From: Lama guanicoe | Taxonomy: Eukaryota | Assembly (NCBI GenBank): GCA_013239625.1 | Contig: MU054117.1 | Location: forward strand, 1,548,011 to 1,612,010 | Direction of reading: 5' to 3' | Length of the DNA: 64,000 bases | Part shown: one piece after another, positions 48,815 to 60,640 of the stretch | How the letters are laid out: each line of letters begins with the position of its first letter | Numbering within the stretch: position 1 is the stretch's first letter | Program-made: the position numbers and the translations under genes | Notes under the pieces: generated by a model | What the model saw: only the letters and a program-made list of their open reading frames with translations | Told to the model about the DNA's origin: nothing | Database searches by the model: none

Positions 48815-49195
48815 CATCTTCGTGCCTGCCGCAGCCACGCCTTGCACTGCAGTTACCTTCCCACAGGGGGACAGGACGCAGCTTCTCCAGGATTCGCACA
48901 GGCCTCTGCTCTTGAGGGGACCCAGAGGAGGAAGGTTACCAGAACAAACAGCCGCCGCCACTGGTCTCAAGGGCACAAATGGTACTCATCGTCCCCCTCC
49001 TGCACTGCTCTAAGCCGCAGCCATCCTCAGTTTGCAGGTCTTCGTGGCTTATCTGAAGGCAACCCACACATTTGGTCCTCAAGGGTCTGGGCCTAGCAAG
49101 CATGTTCACCTCAGGCCCGGGTTGCTGCACACGTCCATTCACAGTTCAGACAGGGCAAGGGGTACCAAAAGGTGCCCAGATGAGCCACCTACATT
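48815..49195 (-). mobile_element. ERVL/MaLR internal-sequence fragment
   Basis: GGGTTGCTGCAC..GTCCATTCAC...GGGCAAGGGGTACCAAAAGGTGCCCAGATG resembles antisense MLT-int text. Confidence 0.6.
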
Positions 49196-49319
49196 CTGCA
49201 TGTGTTATCCCTGCCCCTATTACGTTCGTAATGGTGAAAAATTACAATCTAAGTGCCCAACAATCGGGCACTGGCTATGCAAGTTAAGGCACAAGTATAA
49301 AACACTATCTGCACAACAT

Positions 49320-49763
49320 CTAAGAGGTGGAACAGTATCCCCCCAAAATTCACGTCCACTAAGAACCCCAGGAGGTAACCCTGTTTGGAAATCAAGTATT
49401 TGCAGATATAACCAAGTTGAGTTTATACTGAATTACGTTAGGCCCTAAATCCAATTACTGTTGTCTTTCTTTGAGGAAAGAGCGATTCAGTCGCTGAGAC
49501 ACATATTAAGATGACGAGAAAACGGAGGCAGAGATTGGAGTGATGCAGTTACAAGCTAAGGAATGCCAAGGACTGCCAGCAGACACCAGAAGCCAAGAAG
49601 AGGCAATGAAGGATTCTCTCTAGCTCTAGCCTCCAGAAAGGGCAAGGAGCTACCTACACTGATTTTGGACTTCTTGCCTCCAGAACTGTGAGAATAAATG
49701 TCTGTTCTTCTTTGTCATCAGGTCTGTGGTAATCTGGTACAGCAGATCTAGAAAACCAACACA
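49320..49763 (+). mobile_element. MaLR solo LTR (MLT1B/C-like)
   Basis: CCCCCAAAATTCACGTCC...GAGGCAGAGATTGGAGTGATGC...CAAGCTAAGGAATGCCAAGGA...CCTCCAGAACTGTGAGAATAAA...GAAAACCAACACA. Confidence 0.92.
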
Positions 49764-50879
49764 CCATTTCATTACAAATGCTGCTGTGGCTCTATACTTA
49801 ACAACAGAGAAAGGTACTTGTGATCTACTGCCAAACCGAAGAGAAAAAAGAGAAAGTTATAAACACAGATTCCACCTAAGTTTGTCTCTTTTTTAACATC
49901 ACAACAGAATGTACCACTCTGGGTAGTGAGATCCTGGGTGGAGATCTCACTTCTTCTCCATATCGTAATCTTTTTCTATGAACACATACTATTTTTATAA
50001 TCAGGACAAAACAATAAAACTATTTTGGGGAAGGGGGTATAAAAATACCCAACAGAAATGGTGTGAGGGCCTAAGCCAAGGCTCTAGATGCGCAAAAACT
50101 CCCACCACCACTTCTAGAATCAAGCCAGGATGGTTTCCTTACAGCCAAATTCAGTGGATTCTCTTTACTTCTACTGCCGTTGACACTACTGGACACTTCT
50201 ACCCTGAACTCTCGCCTGGGTCTGATACTCTCCTGGTACTCCGACTCTCTCTCCAAGACAACTCCTTCTTGGTACGTTTTATTGGTATTTTTCTTTCTCT
50301 TGCTTGCTGACTGCACTTAGTATGTCCATCTCGGGCCAGGGTCCGTCTGGGTCTCCCGCTGTGGGAGTGTGACTGCCTCTCCACTGTGTCCCCTCTGCAC
50401 TTCTGTCACAAATGAGCTGACCGTATACATGCAAGCCTGGGGAGTGGAAGAAGGGCAGTGACTGCTTATAGGTTTTTAGGGTTCTTTCTGCAGTGATGAA
50501 AACAGTCTGCAATTAGGTATTTTGTGGTATGGTTGTACAACACTGAATATACTAAAAATTACCAAATTGTGCACCTTAAAACGGTGGATTTTGTGGTTTA
50601 TGAATTGTGTATCAATTAAAGATGCTGAAACAAAAATGAAAAAGTGCGTAATATAGAGAAATTATCTTGATTCTCAGTGGAATGTGGAGGGAGAAAACAG
50701 AGGCTATTAGAATTAGGGGGTGTTATCAAATGAAAAATGACCCTCCAGCCTCATGTCCCCCACCCTCAATTTGAAAATATATATCAAAATGAACAGCTTT
50801 TATTGATGATGACAATGTGTCATGTCCCTTAAACATACTGCGGTTGAGAAAATTAAGGATCATCAACAGATTGAAAAGA

Positions 50880-51410
50880 GACAAGACTGACTAGGCAAGG
50901 AGGCTGTTTAGGAGACTGCTGTGATGGTACTGTCCACACAGGGTGAGTCTGCAGCTGTAGAGATGGAAATGAAATATATTAGGAAGGTAAGAATTGATGG
51001 TGCACAGTGACTGGTCAATGGAAGTTGAACAGAGGAGTGAAAAGGAGGAATCAAAATGAATTCTATCAGCATAGGGCACACAGGAGGAGAGGGACATATT
51101 TTAGGGCAAATATGTTTAGTTAGAGCCGTTGAGCTGCCTATGGGAAATCTTGGCAGATATGCACACTAAGTAGTTGGTCATATAAGTCTGCAGCCCAAGG
51201 GAGAAGGCAGAGTTGGGAATATTGATTGAGAAAACCTAAACGAAACTAAGTACCTATCGAAAATAGGTAGTAGCTGAAACCAGCTGTGAAACAATGGCTG
51301 TGGGTGGGGTTGCCCGTGGAAAGTAAAACAGGAGACAGGAACATGTTTGAGGCAGAGCTCTAAGGGATATACAGTGTTTTAAAGGCAGGCAGAGGAAGAG
51401 GAGCCAATAA
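50880..51410 (-). mobile_element. L2 fragment
   Basis: GGCAAGGAGGCTGTTTAGGAGACTGCTG...GGTGCACAGTGACTGG...GAGGAATCAAAATGA...TAAGTCTGCAGCCCAAGGGAGAAG. Confidence 0.75.
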
Positions 51411-51424
51411 GATGTATGAATAAT

Positions 51425-51690
51425 CCTACCATAAACATTTGTGTGCAAGTTTGTGTATGGACAAATAAATGTTTGCAATTTTCTTGGGTATAGAGTGGAA
51501 CTGTTTGGGCAATATAAAAACTTTGTAACTTTTTAAGGAAACATCAAACTGTTTTTCCAAAGCATCAGCAACATTACACATTCTTAGCAGCAACCCATGA
51601 GGGGCCCAGTTTTTCCACATCCTCACCAACACTTGTTACTGTACATCTTTTTTATTACAGCCATCCTAGTGGATATAAACTGTTATTTTA
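51425..51690 (-). mobile_element. Old L1 ORF2 C-terminal fragment
   Basis: ORF 51426-51632 (MLVRMWKNWAPHGLLLRMC) is typical of L1 ORF2-end decay. Confidence 0.85.
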
Positions 51691-52239
51691 CTTGATGTTA
51701 TGACTCTTCATTTAAATAGTAATATTAAAAAATTATAAGCATATTTGGAACCATATATATTTAGTGTCCACTGCAATACTATGTGTTATTAATATATTTA
51801 ACCTATGACACGTAATACTATTAAATGAGTAATATACGCATGTAGAAATAAAAATTCAAATGATAAAAAGTAAAAGTCTTTCTCCACTGAGTCCTCCTCC
51901 TTGGAGATAACTACTTTTGACCATTCTCCTTTTAATTCTAATGGTTACCTCCATAACTCTAAATTATTTAACTCCTAATCACTAAAATTAATTTCCATTA
52001 ACTCTGAATTATTTCTTCATAACATTTACTACCATATAATATGCAATTTGTTTTACTCCTCTGTTCTGTTTATTGTCAGTGCCCTTTACTAGAATGAAGA
52101 CCCCATGAGAACAGTAAATTTTCCCTTTTCTGTTCACTGCTGTACCTCAGCTCCTTAGAATGGGGCCTGGTACACAGAAAGCGTCAATAAATGTAAATTT
52201 ATATAAGAATAAATATTTCTTTCTTGATTTACCTAAGTA

Positions 52240-52812
52240 TTTTTTTTATTAAAGTATAGTTGATTTATAATGTTGGGTTAATTTCTGGTGTACAGCACAG
52301 TGACTCATTTATGTATATATACATTACAAGGTACTGAATATAGTTCCCTGCGCTATACAGTAGGATCTTGTTGTTTATCTACTTTATATATAGTAGTATC
52401 TACAAATCCTAAACTCCAAATTTATCCCTCCCTCCTCCCTTTCCCCTCTGGTAACCATAAGTTTGTTTTCTACGTCTGTGAGTCTGTCTCTGTTTTGAAA
52501 ATAAGTTCACTTATGGGTTTTTGTTTTTGTTTTTTTTTTTAGATTCCACATACAAGTGATATCATACGGTATTTTTCTTTCTCTTTCTGTCTTACTTCAC
52601 TTAGTATGACGATCTCCAGGTCCATCCTTGTTGCTGCAAATGGCCTTATCTTATTCTCTTTCACGGCTGGGTAGTATTCAGTCTTCTTTATCCAGTCGCC
52701 TGTTAATGGGACATTTAGGTTGCTTCCATGTCTTGGCTACTGTAAATAGAGCTGCTATGAACACTGAGGTGCATGTATCTTGTTGAATTAAAGTTTCCTC
52801 CAGATATACATC
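52240..52812 (-). mobile_element. LINE-1 3' UTR fragment
   Basis: Same family text as 3402-4100 and 15468-15985. Confidence 0.92.
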
Positions 52813-55000
52813 CAGATTTATTTAAATCTTTAGGTATATTTTGAGTCTCTCTCCATAAAAGGTGAGAAATTTTGTTCATAAATCTCTTTTCTTCCCAATT
52901 TTATTGAGGTACAGTTTACTCTGATTTTTCTAATGGTTATCTTTATTAATTTAAACTAACTTACATTAACTTCTGGTTTTTTTCCCTCTGTAAAATGTAA
53001 ACTTTTAACCTCCCACCACCTGTCTCAGTATACGATGAGGAATCTGAGTTCCAGCATTTCTGGCTACCTCACATTAATCCACCTTTGGCATTACTTTTAT
53101 GTCCTACAGGTGTGTGACATTTATTTTCTGATCTACAACTGTCTCTTCTTTGTCTACAAATCAATTCTGAAAACAGAAAGTCAATAAACAGTTTACATTA
53201 TGATGGTAATATAAGCAATACTCACTGCAGAACCAGGTAGTAACGGAAGCTAAAGACAATCCATAATTTTGTTGGTTCCCATCCTAGGATTTACTACAAT
53301 TTACAATTACTTTCTTTACATGTTGTGTCTGTGTTTCTCACTACACCATACTCTATGCAAATAGGATTTTTATACACTCACATCCCTTGCTCATTACTGT
53401 ATCATACACAGCCCTAACTACTATACCTGGTATACAGTATGCACTCAATAAGTATATGTTTATAAATAGATGAGTAGATCTGTGGAAGGAAGGGGAGGGA
53501 AGAAGAGACAAGGGAAGGTCAGGCCATCAAGGATATCGAAACCAATCTACTTTAGACACTGAGTATCTTTATATATCATCCATCTTCCAGCATCAACCTG
53601 AGACAGAGTTAAAAAGGAAGGAAATGAATCTACATATCCTATGAGATCTATCAGTCAAGCAAATGTCAACGAAAGGTTAAGTTAGAATAAAAAAATGGTA
53701 TCCTGTTTCTGTAACTATAAAATTTTTACAAATTCTATTGCTTTTAATAACCACATTTCTCCTATTTTTAAAACTCTTCTATACATGGGGGCGCTGGTGG
53801 GAGGGGGGTGGAATTTTGAGTTTTCCTCCCTTACTTCTTTAGTACAGTTCCTTCTGAAATACTTCCATCTTAACTGCTAAGCAGAAAAATGCTTTTTCTA
53901 TCCCTTCACCAGAATATATAGATGGCCATAAAGAAGCAGTAATAGTGAGAGTAATCCACTTCAATGCCTCCAAAAGGAACCAGGGAAATAAATGCTGCTG
54001 AGATAAAACAGAAAAACATGGAAGGTGGAAGAGTAACTGTGGAGATCAAGTCTCTGTGATCCAAGATTTTTCTTAACAACCTAAATCCTACTTCTCATAT
54101 TCATTACCATATCTCCATGAGTTCTTAAAATAAAACAGCAATAACAAAGCTGAGTTCAGACCTGGCCACGACTACACAGTCACAGCACAAAGCTTGTCAT
54201 CTAGGTCAGAAAACCATAAAGAGAAGAATACTAGAAAATTCCAGGATCATTTTTCCCTACAAGGAAGGCACTAGTCCAAAAATCTACATACATAGTGAGA
54301 GAACAGCCCGGTCCCACCCCACAGACACCCACATATGCCCACTCAGAATCCCGGAACATCCCCACGGGCTTAAATACAAAGACACTTCCACAATGACTGG
54401 ATGTCAGCCTTTCATTCTCACTCTTCCCACAGAGCTTCAAGCATAACATGTAACTGCAAACAGCAGTCTCTCCCTCTTTCCTCAGATTTGAAGGGTAATA
54501 ACAGCCAAAGGAGCACCAAATATTCATAAGTCAAAGGAAAACAGAAAATCCTTTAATAGCAACATAGTAACCTACTTCAAATTAATTACAACTGCAAAGG
54601 CTGACACAGATGTGCTATGAGATATTTATAAAGTGCACTAGAAAATACACATCGCCCATTAGCTATTTAAAGCTTTGTATGTGAAATTCTGACCTAAATC
54701 TCAAAATCACTAGCCCAACCTGCTGTGATGGGTTATACTATCACTAATTAGCATCAATTTTCGGCAAATGAGTTAAATATTTTTAAACACTGTATTTCAA
54801 GAATTTTAGGATTCTGTTCATTTTGTTAAAGGATTAAAAATGTCACTAGGGACAAGAAATGTGCTATCTTTAGCACTCTATGAAAGATTAACAATAGACC
54901 AAAATTTTAAAATCCAATTCAAGTACAATTTGGCGAAACTATCAAATAAATTTTACCCTATGACCCAGAAGTCTCACTTCTAAAATTATTCTCTGTAATC

Positions 55001-55118
55001 GGGGTGAGTATAGCTCAGTGGCAGAGTACATGCTTAGCATGCACGAGATTCTGGGTTCAATCCCCAGTATCTTCATTAAAATAAATAAATAAACCCAATT
55101 ACCTCCTATCCACCCCCC
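55001..55118 (+). mobile_element. Vic-1-type SINE nested in an old L1M remnant
   Basis: TATAGCTCAGTGGCAGAGTACATGCTTAGCATGCACGAGATTCTGGGTTCAATCCCC. TSD AAATTATTCTCT(G/A)TAA at 54983-54998 and 55119-55134. Confidence 0.9.
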
Positions 55119-57182
55119 AAATTATTCTCTATAAAAGATATATTTCACAGGTTCAAGGATATATGTGCAATGATGTTCAATTACTGTATTACTTTGTACC
55201 AGCAAAAAGAGAGAACTTAAATTTCCACCAACAAGAGCTTGGTTAAGTAAATTACACCTCCAAACTATAAAATAAAATACTGCTGTTAAAATTTTTTTCT
55301 CAAGTAAATCTCTGTATGTGACAATTTCTATAAAGACATCTATGACATACTGTGAGGCGGGGAAAAAAGCAAATTACAGAAGAATTGTATAATACAGTCC
55401 CATCAACAGACAAAAATACAGACGTGTATTCGCACATACAAAGAAATGATTTGGACAGTAAGAAGCTGTTAAAAAAGGTCAGATGGAGCCACTTTTTCCT
55501 TTGTGCATGTACTTCTTTTTTCCTTTTCCATTTGTTTTAACAGTGAGCATGTACTACCTTTACTCACACAGTCTCACTACAAACTAAGGCCCTCAACCAT
55601 TCAACACTATTATATAGCAATTAATGGGCAAGGCCCCACACTGACCAAGTCTCTGTGATTAGTAGGAGGTTAAAAACAACCGTACAAATTAAAGAAAGCA
55701 CAGATGTCTGCTTCCACCCTCAGCATGTGACATATAGCAGTTTTGCTAACACCAGGCATCAGGCTGTATGGCTTGATCTGATTCTCCTGGAGACCAAAAA
55801 TTATAGAGCTGAGGCTAAAGCAGCACTGTTTTGGTGACATACCAGCCAGCCAGAGCACCTCTGCTAGGAGCAGCCATGACACTTAATACTGTCACAGCTG
55901 CCATTTAATTCTTTTTTATGAAGGGGTGAGAAGGCTGAGTAACTCAGCTACAATCAAGTTAACTGTGGTTTGTAATAATTCTTATCAATCAGTTAATCAA
56001 GTTAATTGTAAAGTCTATCAAAGTTCTCACCACGACAAGGGTCTTGTCAAGCAGATACTTAGAGCAAACACAAGGTTATTAACCAGGGCTGTTCTCTCCT
56101 GGTATCAGCAGCCTGTGCCACTTAGTTCAAGAGTCACATCCCAGGTTGTGCAGCCTTCCCCAGTGGCTCCAGCCCTCACTGATACCTGATTTCTTAAAAG
56201 ACTAACATATTACATTGTGTGGATGGCAGTTATGTTATCTTCCATTTTATACCACATCTCATACTATGTTACGATCAGTGCAACAAATGCCACGCGACTG
56301 ACTAAACTGAACAAACACACTGAACACATGTTTACATCCGTGCACCTCAATTTCAGAAACATATGAAAACCCCCCAATTTTGTAATTAATTTGGTGGCAA
56401 AATCACACCTCAACTGATACCGAAATACCAACGCGTCTGATGAAGGAATCGGAAGGTGTCCCCACCTTGCTTGGAAAGTCAGACAACATACAGTATACTC
56501 ATTATACCACCTTTCCAAAATCGCAGAAATCCTGCCCCAAAAGATCCTGGATATAGACCTGCATCACTGGGTAAGATTAAACATCCACATCATTGTTGGT
56601 AGAGACATTTATAATCAAGGAAAGCTAAGCAAAAAGATTTTTAATTCTATAATAATTTTATTTCTTAAACTAGGTTTTAAGTACACAGGTATTTATTAAT
56701 TAGACAATTATACCCTTTTACATGTCTGAAACATTTCATAAATTTAAAAGTTTAAGTGAAAAACTATAAGTACCTAATGTTTTATTTTCTTCCTTATAAT
56801 AATAAAAGCATTTGTATTCAAAGTGTTTGTTTTCGTCCTTAAAATAATAAGAGCATTTGGGAAAAAGCAAGTTCAAAAATGGCTATGTTACAGGTCTTAA
56901 AAACATTCATACCTTTTGATCCAGTAATTCCAAAAAGAGGAAACCAATTTACTTAAATGATCCAAAATGTAGAGAAAACCAGCTACATTATGACTTATGA
57001 TATACCAGCTTTATTAGTACTCACTCAGTTGGGAAATGTTTAAGTGAAATCTTTATGATTTAACATGCCATCTACAAAAAACACTTACAACCAATGTGTG
57101 ACATAAAAAACGTTTATAATTTTTTAAGTAAGTGAAAGTGGATATACATTTGATGTACAGTATACTCTCAGTTTTGCAAATA

Positions 57183-57310
57183 CAGTTGACTCTTGAACAA
57201 CACAGGTTTGAACCGCATGGGTGCACTTATCCATGAATTTTTTTCAGTAGTAAGTACTACAATATTATGCAATATGTGGACAGCTCAATCTGCGGACACA
57301 GAGGAACCCC
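57183..57310. mobile_element. Tigger2/MER8-like TcMar end fragment
   Basis: TA followed by CAGTTGACTCTTGAACAACACAGGTTTGAAC (Tigger TIR). The opposite end was not found. Confidence 0.8.
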
Positions 57311-57499
57311 TGCCTAAATCTGAAGGGTCTGTTGTGTCTACACCTGTCAAATCAGTCAGGTGTAGGCCTTGCTGACTGGAAAGAGAGCCCAGAGAACAAG
57401 GAAGGAAAACAGAAACATGATCTCAAGATCTCAAAAGAAGTGAGAGTTCCACTAAGGAGGGAGTAAGGAGGAAGAGGTCAGCTGTGTCAAACATGCTAC

Positions 57500-58020
57500 C
57501 TTGGGCAATCTTGAAAATGGCTCTGAATGATGTATTCTCTCGAGTATTCATGCTCGTGCGGGATCCTCCCATGCATGAGCTGGACCTAGTGACTCCCTTC
57601 TAATGAACAGCATACAGCAAAAGTGATGGAATACCACTTCCAAGGTTAGGTTAGAAAAAGACTCTGGCGAGTACCTCTCCTCCTCCTCCACAGCTCCACA
57701 GAGCTCTCAATCTAGAAGCAAGGTGCCATATTGCAAATAATCCTATGCAGAGACCCAAAATGCAAAGTGAGTAATTTCTCCATCAAACAGCCAACCAGGA
57801 TCTCAGGCCTGCCAACAGCCACATAAGTGAGCTGGAAGCAGACCCTCCGCCAGTCGATAACCAGTCCTAGTCAACATTTGATTGCAGCCTTATGAGTGAC
57901 CCTGGATCAGACACACCAAAGCCAGATGCCTGACCCAAAGAAACCATGAAACAATAAATGTCTGTCGCTTTAAGTTAAGTTTGGGTATAATCTGTTGAGT
58001 AGAAATGGACAACTGGTACA
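57500..58020 (+). mobile_element. MaLR solo LTR (MLT1 family)
   Basis: GCTGGACCTAGTGACTCCCTTCTAATGAACAG...CACTTCCAAGGTTAGGTTA...CCTGACCCAAAGAAACC...AATAAATG...GACAACTGGTACA. Confidence 0.88.
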
Positions 58021-59211
58021 GCTGCTAAGAGGTTAAATAAAAGGATAGAAAAACAGCCAGTTTTTCTGAAAAAATTTATTTAAAGAAAGACACGAGCAAT
58101 CCCAGTAAAACAGTTCCAGTGAAATTACGGAGACAGACACAAGATGGAAATAGACTGAGAAGAAAACTGCAGGTGAAGAAATGGAAATGTAAAGCAAATG
58201 TAGACAACTCTCTCAAAACAGTTTGGCTGTAAGGCAGAAAGCAACTTGCAGCAAGAGGCAGAAAAAGTATGAAGCTGGAGAAGAGTTTTTTGTTAAGATG
58301 AGAGAGACTTCTTTTAAATTTAAAGTTTAAATGATGAATCCAACTGGGTGGGGAAATACACTCTCAAGGAACTTCATTCCACTATCAAAACACTCCTCTA
58401 CAAGTTCTCACTACTTCTCTGCCTTCACTGAGAGCGGCTTTCCAGGGACACCCCTTCCCAGGTAGCCCTTTCAAGTGGAGGCTACAAAGTCTCTCACACG
58501 CCACACCCAATACTGGGAACGAGGATAGTACCCTTCTTTCTCCCACTGCCACCTCCAGACCACTGCTCCTAGACCCTCATATGAAATCCCTGTTACTCCG
58601 CTTCTCATGCTATTCAGCAACACACTCTTCTACCTCCACCTCTTCACTAGCAGCAGTGACCACTTGCACAAGCGCCACACTCAGTGGGATTTGCTGGCAA
58701 TTCATCCACATTGCCACTATCTTCCATGCCACTATTCCTGGATCATTTCAATACTATATCCAACCGCATAAGGCTTCTAACGTCAGGTCCTCAAACCCAT
58801 CGTCTTCACTAAGCGACTCTTCACCCTCTGGGGATAGCCATTTACAGCCAGTTGTGACTTCACTAATTGTATCATTACCCATTCATTCATCAAATATTTA
58901 CAACTATTATTTACTCTGTAGAGAACACATGTCCCTGTTCTCATGAAATCGAAGACATAATTTTTCATATTTCCCACAAAGACAGCATGAAAAGATCTAT
59001 TTGACGTCTGGACAGATTACAAGTACTATATTTCCTTTATTTACCCATCTGGGAACCATGTCAATTCTATGGAAACTAGAGTTACTGTCTGATATGACCC
59101 AGAGAATCCATGCTGTATTCCAGTGAAGACGTTTCCCCAATAAGGCTTCTAAAACAACTTTTTAAATAAATTATTCAAAAATATTCCCAGAATTCAATGT
59201 TAGATATATCA

Positions 59212-59403
59212 GTCTGTAACGTGCTGCCCAATACAGTAGCCACCAGTCACAGTGGCTATTTAAATTAATGAAATTAACAATTCAGTCACACGAGCCACAT
59301 TTCAAGTGTTCGACAGGCCCATGTGACTAGCAGCTACTGTATTTCATGGTGAAGGTACAGAACATTTCTATCATCATAGAAAGTCCTACTGGACAGTGCT
59401 GGT
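59212..59403. mobile_element. MER3/MER33-like hAT MITE
   Basis: GTGCTGCCCAATACAGTAGCCACCAGTCACAGTGGCTATT...AGAAAGTCCTACTGGACAGTGCTG. Confidence 0.85.
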
Positions 59404-59589
59404 CTGAAGTTTTTGGTATCCACTTCCTTTTCCCCAGGAAAAGGTTAAAATGACAGGTGTCATTTTCCAGTCTCCTGAGCACTCCCTGGGGCTCTGAAAT
59501 ACACTCAGGAAGTCCATACTTCAGGATCATCACCACCATCATTAACGCCACCACCAACAAAATCACCGCCCTCACCACCCTCACATTGT

Positions 59590-59770
59590 CACCAGCTGAG
59601 CACTGACTACATCCCAAGCACTTCACTAGAGCTTTATGAGCATCATCTCATTTATTCTTCACAACGATCACATGAGGTAGGACTATTATTCTCATCTCAT
59701 GGATGAGAAAATTAACTGAGTTTTAGTTAATAAAGTAACTCACTCAAAATTATATAGCTAGAAAGGGACA
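59590..59770 (+). mobile_element. MIR SINE
   Basis: ATCTCATTTATTCTTCACAAC...ATGAGGTAGGACTATTATT...GATGAGAAAATT. Confidence 0.78.
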
Positions 59771-59989
59771 GCAATCCACAGACAATCTCAATTAACAATA
59801 CAATCATTTCACCTTTTTAAGACAACATACTCTTCAACAGAAAGGAGAAGTGAGGCCATCACCTCGCACCAGCACCCAATGCTCCAGCACTTAACGCCCC
59901 AGCCAGACCAACCTATTTTCACATTACTCCTCTTGCCCCGCAGCTTTCTTGCCTTTGGGTCCCACACATTCTGTTCCCTGTTTGCATCC

Positions 59990-60270
59990 TTTTCCTCTGG
60001 CTAAATCCTACTTATCTGTGAGATATCATCTTAGATCTTCCTACAATCCAGTTTAGGGACCCATCCTATGAGCTGAGGCAGAGCCCTGTACGTCACCTGC
60101 TGAAGCACTTACCACAGCAGACCACAAACTCCTGTTAACTTCGCTTCTCCTCCTAGAATGAAACTCCTGAAAAATAGGGGACCCTGTCCTTTATGTACCA
60201 TGGAATCCACTGGACACAGCCCAGGACTTGCTGGAACACAAAAGGCACTCAATAAATATTTGATAAATAA
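59990..60270 (+). mobile_element. L2 3' end
   Basis: CTAGAATGAAACTCCTGA...GCTGGAACACAAAAGGCACTCAATAAATATTTG. Confidence 0.75.
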
Positions 60271-60499
60271 AGGAATAATAAAAACAAGACACTTAGATAA
60301 TCAAATCGTTTCACAACTATTCATTCAACTAAATAAACCACTATCTAATTTGACCTTTACACAAACCTATGCTTCCATTCAATCAGGGAATAGTAAAAGT
60401 GAACACTAAATGGCTTCACTGTCAGTTAACTGGTAACAAAGTAATTCACATTTTCCCACAGAATATGCAGAAACAATACTTAAAAAACAAAGGTCAGGG

Positions 60500-60640
60500 G
60501 AATAACTATGGGCTTGGGGTTTCCTTCTGGGAGGATGAAAATGTTCTAAAATTGATCACGGTGAGGAATGCAAACCAAAAAACTGAACTGTACACTTACT
60601 GGATGAATTATCTCTCAATAAAGCTATTACTTAAAAAAAC
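60500..60640 (+). mobile_element. Old L1 3' tail
   Basis: GGGGTTTCCTTCTGGGAGGATGAAAATGTTCTAAAATTGAT...TCTCAATAAAGCT plus A-tail. Confidence 0.8.

Noticed and set aside
55001..55075. tRNA-Ala(AGC)-like sequences here and at ~285-360, ~2216-2290, ~18969-19043 and ~42570-42645
   Set aside because: Each carries the shared AT-rich SINE tail, several have TSDs, and the stems are mismatched. They are SINEs, not tRNA genes.
58380..58946. Ser/Thr-rich 121-aa ORF
   Set aside because: The underlying DNA looks like a decayed pyrimidine-rich L2 internal fragment, and the composition explains the ORF.
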